From: a candidate division TA06 bacterium 32_111
GTDB taxonomy: Bacteria > Hydrothermota > 32-111
Direction: 5' to 3'
Length of the DNA stretch: 64,000 nucleotides
Assembly (NCBI GenBank): GCA_001508335.1
Contig: LGFX01000002.1
Location: forward strand, 11,179 to 75,178
A program made the translations under genes and the position numbers. The stretch's first letter is position 1. Every line of letters starts with the position of its first letter. Shown here one piece after another: positions 27,137 through 36,672 of this stretch. The notes under the pieces are model-generated. The model had not been told where the DNA came from. It made no database searches and saw only the letters and a list, made by a program, of their open reading frames with translations.

Positions 27137-28326
27137 TGAGAGTTTTAATTGTTACTCCCTTTCCACTTGTCGCTTCCCAGAGTGGTATTTATTCCAAAGA
27201 TATTGCAACATACCTTTCAAATGAAGGTGATGAGGTTCTTGTTGTAAATTTTGATAACGAGAATACACAGTACAATGAAAATTTCAAAATAACAACACTC
27301 TTTTTTGGAAACAATAAAATACCTTTCAAATTCCCATGTTTCACGACACATCCACATACAGACAAAAATTTTTATCAGATGACATTACAGGAAATTGATC
27401 TGTATCAAAAATATCTCAATATAACTTTTTCAAAAATTATAGACTATTTCAATCCAGACATTATACACTCACAGTACCTCTGGATTAACACAAAGGTTAT
27501 CGGAGATATTAAAAAGGATATTCCACTTGTTTCAACAAGTTACGGTAACGAGATACAAACAGCATTTGAGGATATAAGGTATGAGGATTATCTAAACAAG
27601 GCTGTTGAAAATTCAAGGTTTATAATAGCCCCTTCAAAACAGATAGAGTTGATTCTCAGAGAGAAATTTAAACTAGATGCTGTAAAATTGAAACTCATCT
27701 ATAAAGGTTATGATGACGATCAGTTCAAATTCATTGATGATAATTTTGATGTTTACAGGGATTATTTTGGAATAAGCGATGAGATAAAACATATAGTTCT
27801 TTTCCCTGAAAGTTTAAACTATATGAAAGGTGCTGATATCTCAATAGGTTGTGCAAAAAAAATTCTTGAGTTGAGAAATGATATATGTTTCATTTTTATG
27901 GGAAAAGGTGATTTTAGAAAAGAGGTAGAAAGTTTAGTAAAAAGTGATCATAAACATTACCTCTACTTCCCCGATCTTACATACGAGGAAAAACCTACAA
28001 TCTTTCATCTCGCAGACCTTGTTGTTTTACCTTTAAGATTTGAACAGTTTGGAACTACCGTTTTACAATCTTTTGCTATGGGAACACCAGTTTTATCATC
28101 CGAGGTTGGGGAGTTGAAATTTTTTGTTAACAATGAAAATGGTAAGGTCATAAAAGATATTAATGTTGAAAATTTTTATAAAGGAATAATTGAGATGGTG
28201 GAAAATAATTTTAAAGAGAAATGCTCCCTCTTCTGCCATCAGTACGCTTTTAGAAATTTTTCCAAGAATTCTGGACTCGCATTGATAAAAAAGTTGTATG
28301 AATATGCTATCAATGAAAAATTTTAG
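27136..28326 (+). CDS. glycosyltransferase family 4 (GT-B, group 1)
   Basis: C-terminal EQFGTTVLQSFAMGTPVLSSEVGEL is the GT4 E-x7-E region. The start overlaps the pfkA stop (TGATG). Confidence 0.65.
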   Translation: MRVLIVTPFPLVASQSGIYSKDIATYLSNEGDEVLVVNFDNENTQYNENFKITTLFFGNNKIPFKFPCFTTHPHTDKNFYQMTLQEIDLYQKYLNITFSKIIDYFNPDIIHSQYLWINTKVIGDIKKDIPLVSTSYGNEIQTAFEDIRYEDYLNKAVENSRFIIAPSKQIELILREKFKLDAVKLKLIYKGYDDDQFKFIDDNFDVYRDYFGISDEIKHIVLFPESLNYMKGADISIGCAKKILELRNDICFIFMGKGDFRKEVESLVKSDHKHYLYFPDLTYEEKPTIFHLADLVVLPLRFEQFGTTVLQSFAMGTPVLSSEVGELKFFVNNENGKVIKDINVENFYKGIIEMVENNFKEKCSLFCHQYAFRNFSKNSGLALIKKLYEYAINEKF

Positions 28327-28334
28327 GAGGCATA

Positions 28335-29507
28335 ATGGAGATAAGAAAAGAATCCTACTGTGGTTCCGAAAATCCTTTCGATATACATGTAAAAATAGAA
28401 CCCGCGGGAAATGGTATAGATATCGAGGTTTTCTCAACTTTGGGAGAAGAACAGTTTAAAAAAATAAAGGAACTTGTTGAAGATATACTCAATTTTTATG
28501 GTATAGTTAATGCTAAAATAACTTTAAAAGATTTTGGAGCACCAGATTTTGTTATAAGAGCGAGGATGGAAACGGTTATAAGAAGAGCTTCACAGGAAAT
28601 TGAAAAAAAAGTTTACTTGGAGAAGATGGATCTGAGATACATCCCTTTAAGATCGATTTTTAGAATAAATATTAACAACCCCAAATACCTAAACGATTCT
28701 TTCAAACTTAAACCTGATGCTTTTCTTCTCGATCTTTACAAAGGTGTTTCGATAAATGAAAAGGACAGTGCAAGGATACTTGTTGGTAACTTTCTTAATG
28801 AAAAATTGGATGAAAGAATCTTTAGAATGATAAAGATAAATCCCCTTGATTTAGGTGGAAACGATGATATTGATTATTTAACTCAGTTCTCTCCAGATTT
28901 TTTTGTTCTTTCAAAATGTGAAACAGAATATGATGTAAAAAAGAGTTTAGAACTGGTTGAAAAAGCTGAAAAGAAGTATAAAATCAACAGAATATTTCTA
29001 ATTCCATCCATAGAATCTGTTAAAGGTTTAATAAATCTATACGAAATATCTTCAGTTTCAGACAGAGTTTTTGGTGCTATTTTGAACATAAAAGAGTATC
29101 TGACATCCTTATCGTTAAGCTCAGAAAATGTTACAGATCACATTTACTTTGCCAAACTTGAATTCATTACTAAAGTTAAGGCAGCAAACATAATGGCATT
29201 TGAAACTACGACATCAAAAATAGATAATCCAGATGAGGTCAAAGAAGAGTTAAAACTCTCCTACGATTTAGGTTTTGATGGAAAAATAATAACACATCCA
29301 AAACTAATTGAAATCACACATTCTATTTTTAAACCCGAAGGAAACATCGATAAATATGAAAATATAGTTTCATTGTACAATAAAGCATACGATATGGGTT
29401 CAGGTCTTGTTGTAAACAACTCTTTCCTTGTTGATAGATACGAAATAGCAAGATCTTTAAAATTCGTTCATCTTTTAAAAATGGACAAAAAAGAGCAAAA
29501 GGAGTAA
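28335..29507 (+). CDS. fusion of a citrate lyase acyl-carrier-protein-like domain (CitD) with a CitE/HpcH-HpaI-family beta-subunit-like lyase domain
   Basis: The N-terminal 90 aa align with CitD (DIHVKIEP...IDIEV...EEQFKK...ILNFYGI..AKITLKDFGAPDFVIRARMETVIRRAS versus E. coli DVMIRIAP...IDLQI...EKQFGD...[27 protein letters not shown]). The C-terminal domain ends with the GFDGKIITHPKLIEI motif of CitE-like lyases. Confidence 0.5.
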   Translation: MEIRKESYCGSENPFDIHVKIEPAGNGIDIEVFSTLGEEQFKKIKELVEDILNFYGIVNAKITLKDFGAPDFVIRARMETVIRRASQEIEKKVYLEKMDLRYIPLRSIFRININNPKYLNDSFKLKPDAFLLDLYKGVSINEKDSARILVGNFLNEKLDERIFRMIKINPLDLGGNDDIDYLTQFSPDFFVLSKCETEYDVKKSLELVEKAEKKYKINRIFLIPSIESVKGLINLYEISSVSDRVFGAILNIKEYLTSLSLSSENVTDHIYFAKLEFITKVKAANIMAFETTTSKIDNPDEVKEELKLSYDLGFDGKIITHPKLIEITHSIFKPEGNIDKYENIVSLYNKAYDMGSGLVVNNSFLVDRYEIARSLKFVHLLKMDKKEQKE

Positions 29508-29509
29508 AG

Positions 29510-30574
29510 ATGTTCAAAATACTCGCTATAAATCCAGGTGCAACCTCAACAAAAATAGGTTACTATGAGGATGACAAAGAAATTTTTACAGAATCAATAA
29601 GACATCATAACGAAGAGATTCAAAAGTTTAAAAACACTATCGACCAACTCGATATGAGAGTTCAAACGGTGAAAGATTTTCTCAAAGAAAAAAATATCGA
29701 TCTCAAAGATATAGATGTCTTTGTTGCAAGGGGTGGACCTTTCAAACCTTTAAAATCTGGAACATATTCCATAAACAAAAAAATGATAGATGACGTTCTC
29801 TCTGGAAATGTTCTTGCCGATCATGTTTCAAACCTTGCCTGTCTTATTGCTGAAAAACTTTCAGTGAAGGCTGACCAAAAAAAATTCATAGTTGATCCTG
29901 TTTCTGTTGATGAGTTTGACGATATAGCAAGAATATCTGGACTTGAAGGCATAGAAAGAAAATCCCTATCACATGCTTTGAATATGAAAATGATAGCCAA
30001 AAGATGGGCTAAAGAGAATAAAAAAGATTATTTCAAATCATCTCTCATAGTTGTCCATCTTGGTACCGGGATATCCGTTTCTGCACATAAAAATGGAAGA
30101 ATGATAGATGTAAACAACGCAAATGATGAGGGACCATTCTCTCCACAGAGAACAGGAACATTACCTGTAACACAGTTATCAAAACTTATAACCTCAAAAA
30201 GGATGGAGTATGAGGAAGTAAAAAAGATGTTAACCAGCCGAGGTGGAGTTTACTCATACCTTAACAATGATAATATAACTGAACTTGTCAAACTTATGGA
30301 AGAGGGAGACGAAAAGGTAAAACTCATTCTATCCGCAATGATGTACCAGGTATCAAAAGAGATAGGTGCGATGGCAACAGTTCTTTACGGAAATGTTGAT
30401 TGTATAATAGTTACAGGTGGAATAGCGTACAACAAATGTTTGACTGACATTGTAGTTGAGAGAACCAAATTCATAGCACCTGTGGTAATATATCCGGGTG
30501 AGGATGAAATACTTGCACTTGTTCTTGGTGCGTTAAGGGTTATGAAAGGTGAAGAGAAAGAAATGGAATATTAA
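29510..30574 (+). CDS. buk: butyrate kinase (ASKHA family)
   Basis: MFKILAINPGATSTKIGYYED start; length 354 aa. Confidence 0.8.
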   Translation: MFKILAINPGATSTKIGYYEDDKEIFTESIRHHNEEIQKFKNTIDQLDMRVQTVKDFLKEKNIDLKDIDVFVARGGPFKPLKSGTYSINKKMIDDVLSGNVLADHVSNLACLIAEKLSVKADQKKFIVDPVSVDEFDDIARISGLEGIERKSLSHALNMKMIAKRWAKENKKDYFKSSLIVVHLGTGISVSAHKNGRMIDVNNANDEGPFSPQRTGTLPVTQLSKLITSKRMEYEEVKKMLTSRGGVYSYLNNDNITELVKLMEEGDEKVKLILSAMMYQVSKEIGAMATVLYGNVDCIIVTGGIAYNKCLTDIVVERTKFIAPVVIYPGEDEILALVLGALRVMKGEEKEMEY

Positions 30575-30576
30575 AA

Positions 30577-31641
30577 ATGAATAAAAAAATTTTTCAACTA
30601 TCTTTTATTTTGATTACATTTTCCCTGATGTTTTCAGACAAAATTCCAATATCAACAGACTATCCAACTATCTTCCCCTCAGCAAGGATTAGAGGTCTTG
30701 GTGGAAATGGAACTTCTATAATGGGAGATATAAGTTCAACCTTCTACAATCCTGCAACACTTTCAGGTTTAAACTCTGGAGGTATATCTATATCCTTTGA
30801 GACAGATCACTACTCTTCCTATGCTGAATTCCTCGAGAAGGATCAATCGGTTTACGGGAAGAATGTTACATTTTTAACGATTTCAACCTATCAGGGTGGT
30901 TTGAGTTATATGCCACTTTTCAAAATCTCTTACAGGGATTCATTCTTTGATTCCTTAAACCTGGAAAGAGACTTTGAGATGAAACTCGACCAATACTGGC
31001 TCTCAGTTACAAGTTATGCTGGTTCCGATGAGAAATTCACATCTTTTATTTATTTTGGTTTTAACCTGAAGTACCTCAACGGAAAAATAGCTGAAACAAA
31101 ATTGATCTATGACACGTTAGGTGATTTGAAGGATGGCTTTGCCGAAATATCTTATGGAAACGGTTATGGCCTTGATTGTGGAATGGTTCTTTCTCTTTCG
31201 AATTTTTTTGCTTCACTTATGTTTAGAGATATTTTCACACATGTTTACTGGGACTCTTATGATAAACAGATAATACCAATGAATGGGAATTTGGGACTCT
31301 CATATGTTCCTTTGAATAATCTGCTTTTCAATTTCAACATTTCAAAATTTTTAAGAAAGGAAACACCTTTTGTTTATACTCTTGGAGGCGAGTACACTTT
31401 TTTTGAACTTTCAGAAAAGACGAATTCTTTTTTGGATGATCTTAAGAAAGGTTCTCCCAGTATAAGAGTTGGGACATCTTTCAAAGAGATCCCAAATTTG
31501 AGTACAGCGATAATAGATATAGGAGTTGGATACAATTCAAACTCTGTAAGATTTGACCTTTGTTTCGAATCAACGCTGTCAAAATACTATGTTGGGAAAT
31601 TTGATTATTATTTAACTTTAACGATACCTATAACAATTTAG
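30577..31641 (+). CDS. outer-membrane beta-barrel-like protein with signal peptide (PorV/FadL-like?)
   Basis: Signal peptide followed by ARIRGLGGNGTSIMGDISSTFYNPATLSGL and alternating aromatic beta-strand-like segments. Confidence 0.35.
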   Translation: MNKKIFQLSFILITFSLMFSDKIPISTDYPTIFPSARIRGLGGNGTSIMGDISSTFYNPATLSGLNSGGISISFETDHYSSYAEFLEKDQSVYGKNVTFLTISTYQGGLSYMPLFKISYRDSFFDSLNLERDFEMKLDQYWLSVTSYAGSDEKFTSFIYFGFNLKYLNGKIAETKLIYDTLGDLKDGFAEISYGNGYGLDCGMVLSLSNFFASLMFRDIFTHVYWDSYDKQIIPMNGNLGLSYVPLNNLLFNFNISKFLRKETPFVYTLGGEYTFFELSEKTNSFLDDLKKGSPSIRVGTSFKEIPNLSTAIIDIGVGYNSNSVRFDLCFESTLSKYYVGKFDYYLTLTIPITI

Positions 31642-31649
31642 GAGGAAAA

Positions 31650-32120
31650 ATGTTGATATCACACTTTTTAAAAAAAGAAAATGTGATTTTCGATTTAAAG
31701 AGTAAAACTAAGGATAAAGCACTCGAAGAGATGGTCGATAAGATAAAACTTTCAAAAGAAAAGAAGGAACTTGTCCTTCTATCACTAAAACAGAGAGAAG
31801 TCTTAGGAACAACAGGAATCGGTAACGGTATAGCGATACCACATGCTAGATCTGTTGTTCTTGATAAACTCTGTCTCTATATAGGTATATCACCTAAAGG
31901 TATCGAGTATGAAGCACTTGATGGAAAAAATGTTAATATAATCTTTTTGATAATTGCTCCACCACTCGATTCTTCAAACCAGTATCTTATACTACTCGGG
32001 AAAATTGCGGCACTCTCAAAAAAATTGATAAAGAAAAAAGATTATCTAAAAATAGATAAGTATGAGGATTTCATAGCCCTCATAAAAAAAATGGAAGAAA
32101 GTATGGAGGATGAAATATGA
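31650..32120 (+). CDS. ptsN: PTS EIIA(Ntr)-type nitrogen regulatory protein
   Basis: GIGNGIAIPHAR contains the EIIA type 2 phosphorylation-site histidine motif. Confidence 0.75.
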   Translation: MLISHFLKKENVIFDLKSKTKDKALEEMVDKIKLSKEKKELVLLSLKQREVLGTTGIGNGIAIPHARSVVLDKLCLYIGISPKGIEYEALDGKNVNIIFLIIAPPLDSSNQYLILLGKIAALSKKLIKKKDYLKIDKYEDFIALIKKMEESMEDEI

Positions 32121-32473
32121 ACATACAGTTGCATTACCTGATACAACTCAGCGATCTTGATACGCAACTTGAAGAGTTAAAAAGTGAGAGGATAAGGAGT
32201 AAAGAAGAATCTATAGGTTTCAGAGTTCAGGCTAAAGAGAATGAGATAATCAAATTGAGAGAGAACATTAGAAATAAAATAGATCCTGAACTTTTAAACA
32301 AATACGATAAAATACAGAAAAGATATAAAATGAGAGCCGTGGCACAGGTAAACGAAGGCGTCTGCTATGGATGTTTCACAGCCTTGCCAACAAGTTATGT
32401 TGCCGAATCCGATAAAAACAATAAAATAATTACCTGTCCAAACTGTGGGAGGATACTATTTTGGATAGAATAG
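32117..32473 (+). CDS. coiled-coil zinc-ribbon protein (short COG1579-like paralog)
   Basis: CYGCFTALPTSY...ITCPNCGRILF is a C4 ribbon preceded by a coiled coil. Confidence 0.5.
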   Translation: MNIQLHYLIQLSDLDTQLEELKSERIRSKEESIGFRVQAKENEIIKLRENIRNKIDPELLNKYDKIQKRYKMRAVAQVNEGVCYGCFTALPTSYVAESDKNNKIITCPNCGRILFWIE

Positions 32474-33075
32474 TTGAAAAAACAATAAAAAATCTGGAAA
32501 AGCATCATTTTGAAGTTTTCTATTTTGAAGATTTAGAAAAATTGAAGGAAAAGGTTAAAGATTACTTGAAAATCTATGATAGTTTCTCTTTTGGAGGATC
32601 AACAACTCTGGTTCAAACAAAATTAAAAGATTTAATAATAGAGAATGGGAAAAAATATATTGAAAGAATAGCAGGCGATGATGAGGAAAAGAAGATAGAG
32701 TCTGAAAGAGCAGCACTTCTTTCAGACATCTATTTTATGTCCACTAACGCCGTATCATCTACGGGTGCACTTATAAATATAGATAAAAGGGGAAATAGGA
32801 TTGGGGCTTTGATTTTTGGTCCAAAAAAGGTTGTTGTTATAGCATCGACCAATAAAATTACAAAAGATATAGACTCTGGTATAGAAAGAGCAAAAAATAT
32901 AGCAGCGGTTTCAAACTGCAAAAGATTCAATCTCCATACCCCTTGTGTTAATCTTCAAAGATGTGTTGATTGTGAGCATGAGGAGAATATTTGTTACACT
33001 ACCGTAATAACAAAAAGATCCTTTCCTCATAAAAGGATAGCAGTACTTCTCTTTGAAGGAAACTATGGATTCTAA
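32461..33075 (+). CDS. LUD-domain (YkgG/LutC-like) protein with C-terminal Cys cluster
   Basis: The pattern resembles a lactate-utilisation LUD domain. CKRFNLHTPCVNLQRCVDCEHEENIC is a Cys cluster. Confidence 0.35.
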   Translation: MDRIVEKTIKNLEKHHFEVFYFEDLEKLKEKVKDYLKIYDSFSFGGSTTLVQTKLKDLIIENGKKYIERIAGDDEEKKIESERAALLSDIYFMSTNAVSSTGALINIDKRGNRIGALIFGPKKVVVIASTNKITKDIDSGIERAKNIAAVSNCKRFNLHTPCVNLQRCVDCEHEENICYTTVITKRSFPHKRIAVLLFEGNYGF

Positions 33076-34327
33076 ATATATTCCCTATGCCCAGAGATTT
33101 AGACCTGAAAATCTTGAAAGTTTCGTTGGTCAGAAACATCTTGTCGGTGAGAATGGAATAATAAGAAAATTTATCTATAATAACATATTCATCTCTATGA
33201 TCTTTGTTGGTCCACCAGGGGTTGGAAAAACAACGTTAGCAAACATTATAATCAAAAAGTCAAAACTCCCAAAACTTTATATAAATGGGATAAACTTTTC
33301 AACAACGAATCTGAAAAAAATTATTGAAGAATCTAAATCTTCCACTCTAATAATTCTGATAGATGAGATACACAGAATGAATAGGATACAGCAGGATGCA
33401 CTTTTGCCTTACGTAGAGGATGGAAACATAATAATCATAGGAACCACAACCGAAAACCCTTCATATGAACTCATTCCCGCTCTACTCTCAAGAGTTACAG
33501 TTTTTCGTTTCAACCGTTTAGAGGAGGATGATTTAAAAAAAATTGCAAAAAATGTTTTTAAAGAACTAAAGATTGAAGTTAATGATGAGAGTATATATAA
33601 AACTCTGATATCCTTTTCAAACTATGATGCAAGACAACTTATAAATTTAATACAGAATTTTTCAGAAGAGATAAAAAATATTAAAGATTCTAAAGAGTTT
33701 GAAAAACTCCTCATCTCAAAAAAACTTATACAGTATGACAAAAAGGGGGATAACCATTATCACCTAATATCAGCATTCCATAAATCCGTAAGGGGAAGTG
33801 ATGTTAACGCTTCGATATACTATTTTGCAAGGATGATTGTTGGCGGTGAAGATCCTTTATATATTGGAAGAAGGATGATAAGGATAGCATCAGAGGATAT
33901 AGGTAACGCTGATCCTCAAGCAATCGTAATAGCGAACACCACCTATGAAGTTTATGAAAAGTTAGGTTCTCCAGAAGGGGAACTCGCTCTTTTGCAATGT
34001 GCTATATATCTTGCTCTATCTCCAAAATCTGTTTCCGTTTACAGAGCGTATTCAACCTCTATTGAATATGCAAAAAAAACTACACATAAAGATGTTCCTT
34101 TCAAATTGAGAAATCCTGTTACAGAGTTTGACCGAAAGGAAGGTTATGGAAAAGATTACAAATACCCTCCAGAATTTGAAAACAGTTTTGTTTTTGAAAA
34201 TTATTTCCCTGATGGTGTTGAAGAGAAAAACTTTTATTTTCCAGTTGAAAGAGGTTTTGAAAGAGAGATGATAAAAAGAATAGAGTATTATAAACATTTA
34301 AAGGAGAAGTTAAAAAATGAAAAATAA
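33053..34327 (+). CDS. rarA: replication-associated recombination protein A (AAA+ ATPase)
   Basis: GPPGVGKTTLANII Walker A, DEIHRMN Walker B, and the RarA-specific HKSVRGSD motif. Confidence 0.85.
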   Translation: MKETMDSKYIPYAQRFRPENLESFVGQKHLVGENGIIRKFIYNNIFISMIFVGPPGVGKTTLANIIIKKSKLPKLYINGINFSTTNLKKIIEESKSSTLIILIDEIHRMNRIQQDALLPYVEDGNIIIIGTTTENPSYELIPALLSRVTVFRFNRLEEDDLKKIAKNVFKELKIEVNDESIYKTLISFSNYDARQLINLIQNFSEEIKNIKDSKEFEKLLISKKLIQYDKKGDNHYHLISAFHKSVRGSDVNASIYYFARMIVGGEDPLYIGRRMIRIASEDIGNADPQAIVIANTTYEVYEKLGSPEGELALLQCAIYLALSPKSVSVYRAYSTSIEYAKKTTHKDVPFKLRNPVTEFDRKEGYGKDYKYPPEFENSFVFENYFPDGVEEKNFYFPVERGFEREMIKRIEYYKHLKEKLKNEK

Positions 34328-35144
34328 AATTTTGATCCTTTCAATTTTATTTTTTATTCTTCTAAACTTCTACTCATGTAAAGATACAAATGGGAATAAA
34401 AAAGTTTCTGTAGTATCAACCATCTATCCTGTTAAAGCTTTTCTTGAGTCAATTCTTGATACGAGCATTCAAAATTCGAGCGTTCTTGACAAAAATATTG
34501 ATCCCCACATAGCAGAAATTACACCCTCGAGTTTTAAAAAAATCTCTCAATCAAAAATTTTTATCTCTCTCGGTTCCGGGATAGAATTTGAAGAGAAAAA
34601 TAAAAATCAGTTTTTAATTGAAGCAAAAAATTCTATAAAGATAGACCTCGCAAAAACTCTCGAAGAAATAGAGGATCCTCACATTTGGATATCGCTTAAA
34701 AATCTAAAAATTTTTTCAAAGATCCTGTATGACACATTATCGAACTATAACATATTAGATAAAACTACTCTTGATCAAAGGATAGATATTTTAAACAGAA
34801 AAATAAATGCTTTAGAGGATTCTATAAAAAGAATGATAAAAGAAAAAGGAATAAGAAAAATATTTACCGATCATAACGCTTTTTTCTATTTTGGAAAAGA
34901 ATTCAATTTAGAGTTGAGAACGATATCAGATAACGAGGATGAAGTTTCAGTAAAGGATCTCAAAAATGTTCAGGATGAGATCTCAAAAGAAATGGTAAAG
35001 ATTTTTTTCTATACCAACCCATCATCAGAAAACTATGCCAAAAATTTTGAAAGTGAAATTAAAGTAAAAAGTTTGTATATAAATCCACTTGAAGACCCTG
35101 TAAAAAATTTTGAAAAGATTTTAACTTTTTTTAAAAATTTATGA
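34317..35144 (+). CDS. metal (Zn/Mn) ABC transporter substrate-binding lipoprotein, ZnuA/TroA-like
   Basis: Lipobox LLNFYSC; periplasmic metal-binding fold pattern; followed by ABC ATPase and permease genes. Confidence 0.6.
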   Translation: MKNKILILSILFFILLNFYSCKDTNGNKKVSVVSTIYPVKAFLESILDTSIQNSSVLDKNIDPHIAEITPSSFKKISQSKIFISLGSGIEFEEKNKNQFLIEAKNSIKIDLAKTLEEIEDPHIWISLKNLKIFSKILYDTLSNYNILDKTTLDQRIDILNRKINALEDSIKRMIKEKGIRKIFTDHNAFFYFGKEFNLELRTISDNEDEVSVKDLKNVQDEISKEMVKIFFYTNPSSENYAKNFESEIKVKSLYINPLEDPVKNFEKILTFFKNL

Positions 35145-35866
35145 GTTCAAAAACTATTCTTGAAATTGAAAATTTGAGTTTCGTTTTAAACGGAGCAACC
35201 ATTCTTGAAAATATAAGTTTTAGAATAAATGAGAATGAACTCTTATCTATAATAGGTCCAAATGGTGGTGGTAAAACAACACTTTTGAAACTCATACTCG
35301 GATTATACAAACCAACAAAAGGTAGAATAAAATTTTTAGATAAAAATTTATCTATAGGTTATCTTCCACAGAAGAAGAGTGAATTTTTTGATTTTCCGAT
35401 TTCAATTTACCACTTTATACTCCTTGGACGGTATAAAAAACCCTTCACCAATTTCAACGATGATGATCACAAAAAAACAAAAGAGGTAATCCAAAGATTG
35501 GGGATAGAAAATCTGTTAAAAAAAAGGCTATCAAACCTATCAGGTGGAGAGTTTCAAAAGGTTCTTTTAGCAAGATCTATAGTAAAAGACCCTAAACTAC
35601 TTATACTTGATGAACCCACATCCTTTATCGATATAAAATCACAAAACGAATTCTATAATCTCTTGTTTGAACTTAAAGAGAGAATGTCTATTATACTTGT
35701 AACCCATGATTTAGGGGCTATTTCAACAAAAATAAAAAGGATAATATGTTTAAACAGAAAAATAAATTTTGATGGTGATATTACAACCAACAGAGATTAT
35801 GTTATGAACAATCTTTATGGACATGAAGTTAGCATAATAGACCATAAGGAACATAAAAAATTATGA
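35141..35866 (+). CDS. metal ABC transporter ATP-binding protein (ZnuC-like)
   Basis: GPNGGGKTTLLK Walker A, LSGGEFQKVLLARS signature, ILDEPTS Walker B. Confidence 0.8.
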   Translation: MSSKTILEIENLSFVLNGATILENISFRINENELLSIIGPNGGGKTTLLKLILGLYKPTKGRIKFLDKNLSIGYLPQKKSEFFDFPISIYHFILLGRYKKPFTNFNDDDHKKTKEVIQRLGIENLLKKRLSNLSGGEFQKVLLARSIVKDPKLLILDEPTSFIDIKSQNEFYNLLFELKERMSIILVTHDLGAISTKIKRIICLNRKINFDGDITTNRDYVMNNLYGHEVSIIDHKEHKKL

Positions 35867-36672
35867 TTCTACAATACAAATTTTTACAGTTATCGATATT
35901 CTCATTGTTTCTTTATTCAATTTTAGCTTCAATAATTGGAAGTTTCGTTGTCTTGAGAAAGATGACATACATCTCAGGAGGTATTTCACATGCAGCTTTT
36001 GGAGGACTCGGACTTGGAGTTTTTTTATCACTGAATCCAATACTTACCGCAATTCCTTTCACATTAATTTTCACATCTTTTCTATTTTTTCTTGGAAAAA
36101 AGTTTAAAATAGAAAACGATTCGATAGTTTCAATAATTTGGAGTTTGGGAATGTCTATAGGTATCATACTTTTAAATTTCAAAAAAGGTTATACTGGTTA
36201 TTTACTTGGATACCTTTTTGGTAATGTGTTGTCTATAAATACTTTTGATATATCTTTACTTTTTGCTATACTCGTTTTAACACTAACAATATTTTTGATT
36301 TTCATAAAAGAATTTCTATTTCTTTCTCTTGACTATGAATATGCTAAAATTGTAGGAATAAAAACTAATCTATTCGATACCATATTTTACCTTTTGATAA
36401 CTCTTGGAATAGTTGTAATGATAAAAATTTCAGGGGTTATAGTCAATATAATATTTTTGACCATAGCCCCTTTGATAACAAAAGAGATCTTTACAAATAT
36501 TTACAAAATGATTCTCTTTAATTTTATTTTAAACCTTTTCTTCTCTCTAACAGGACTCTTCATCTCGTACCAGTTCGATCTTCCTTCAGGACCTTCCATC
36601 GTTTTGGTTTCGATAACCACCTTTTTAATATTTAAAATATACTCTTATTTTACGAAAGTTTATGCACGATAA
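35863..36672 (+). CDS. metal ABC transporter permease (ABC-3/ZnuB-like)
   Basis: Polytopic membrane protein immediately after the ATPase gene. Confidence 0.7.
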   Translation: MILQYKFLQLSIFSLFLYSILASIIGSFVVLRKMTYISGGISHAAFGGLGLGVFLSLNPILTAIPFTLIFTSFLFFLGKKFKIENDSIVSIIWSLGMSIGIILLNFKKGYTGYLLGYLFGNVLSINTFDISLLFAILVLTLTIFLIFIKEFLFLSLDYEYAKIVGIKTNLFDTIFYLLITLGIVVMIKISGVIVNIIFLTIAPLITKEIFTNIYKMILFNFILNLFFSLTGLFISYQFDLPSGPSIVLVSITTFLIFKIYSYFTKVYAR

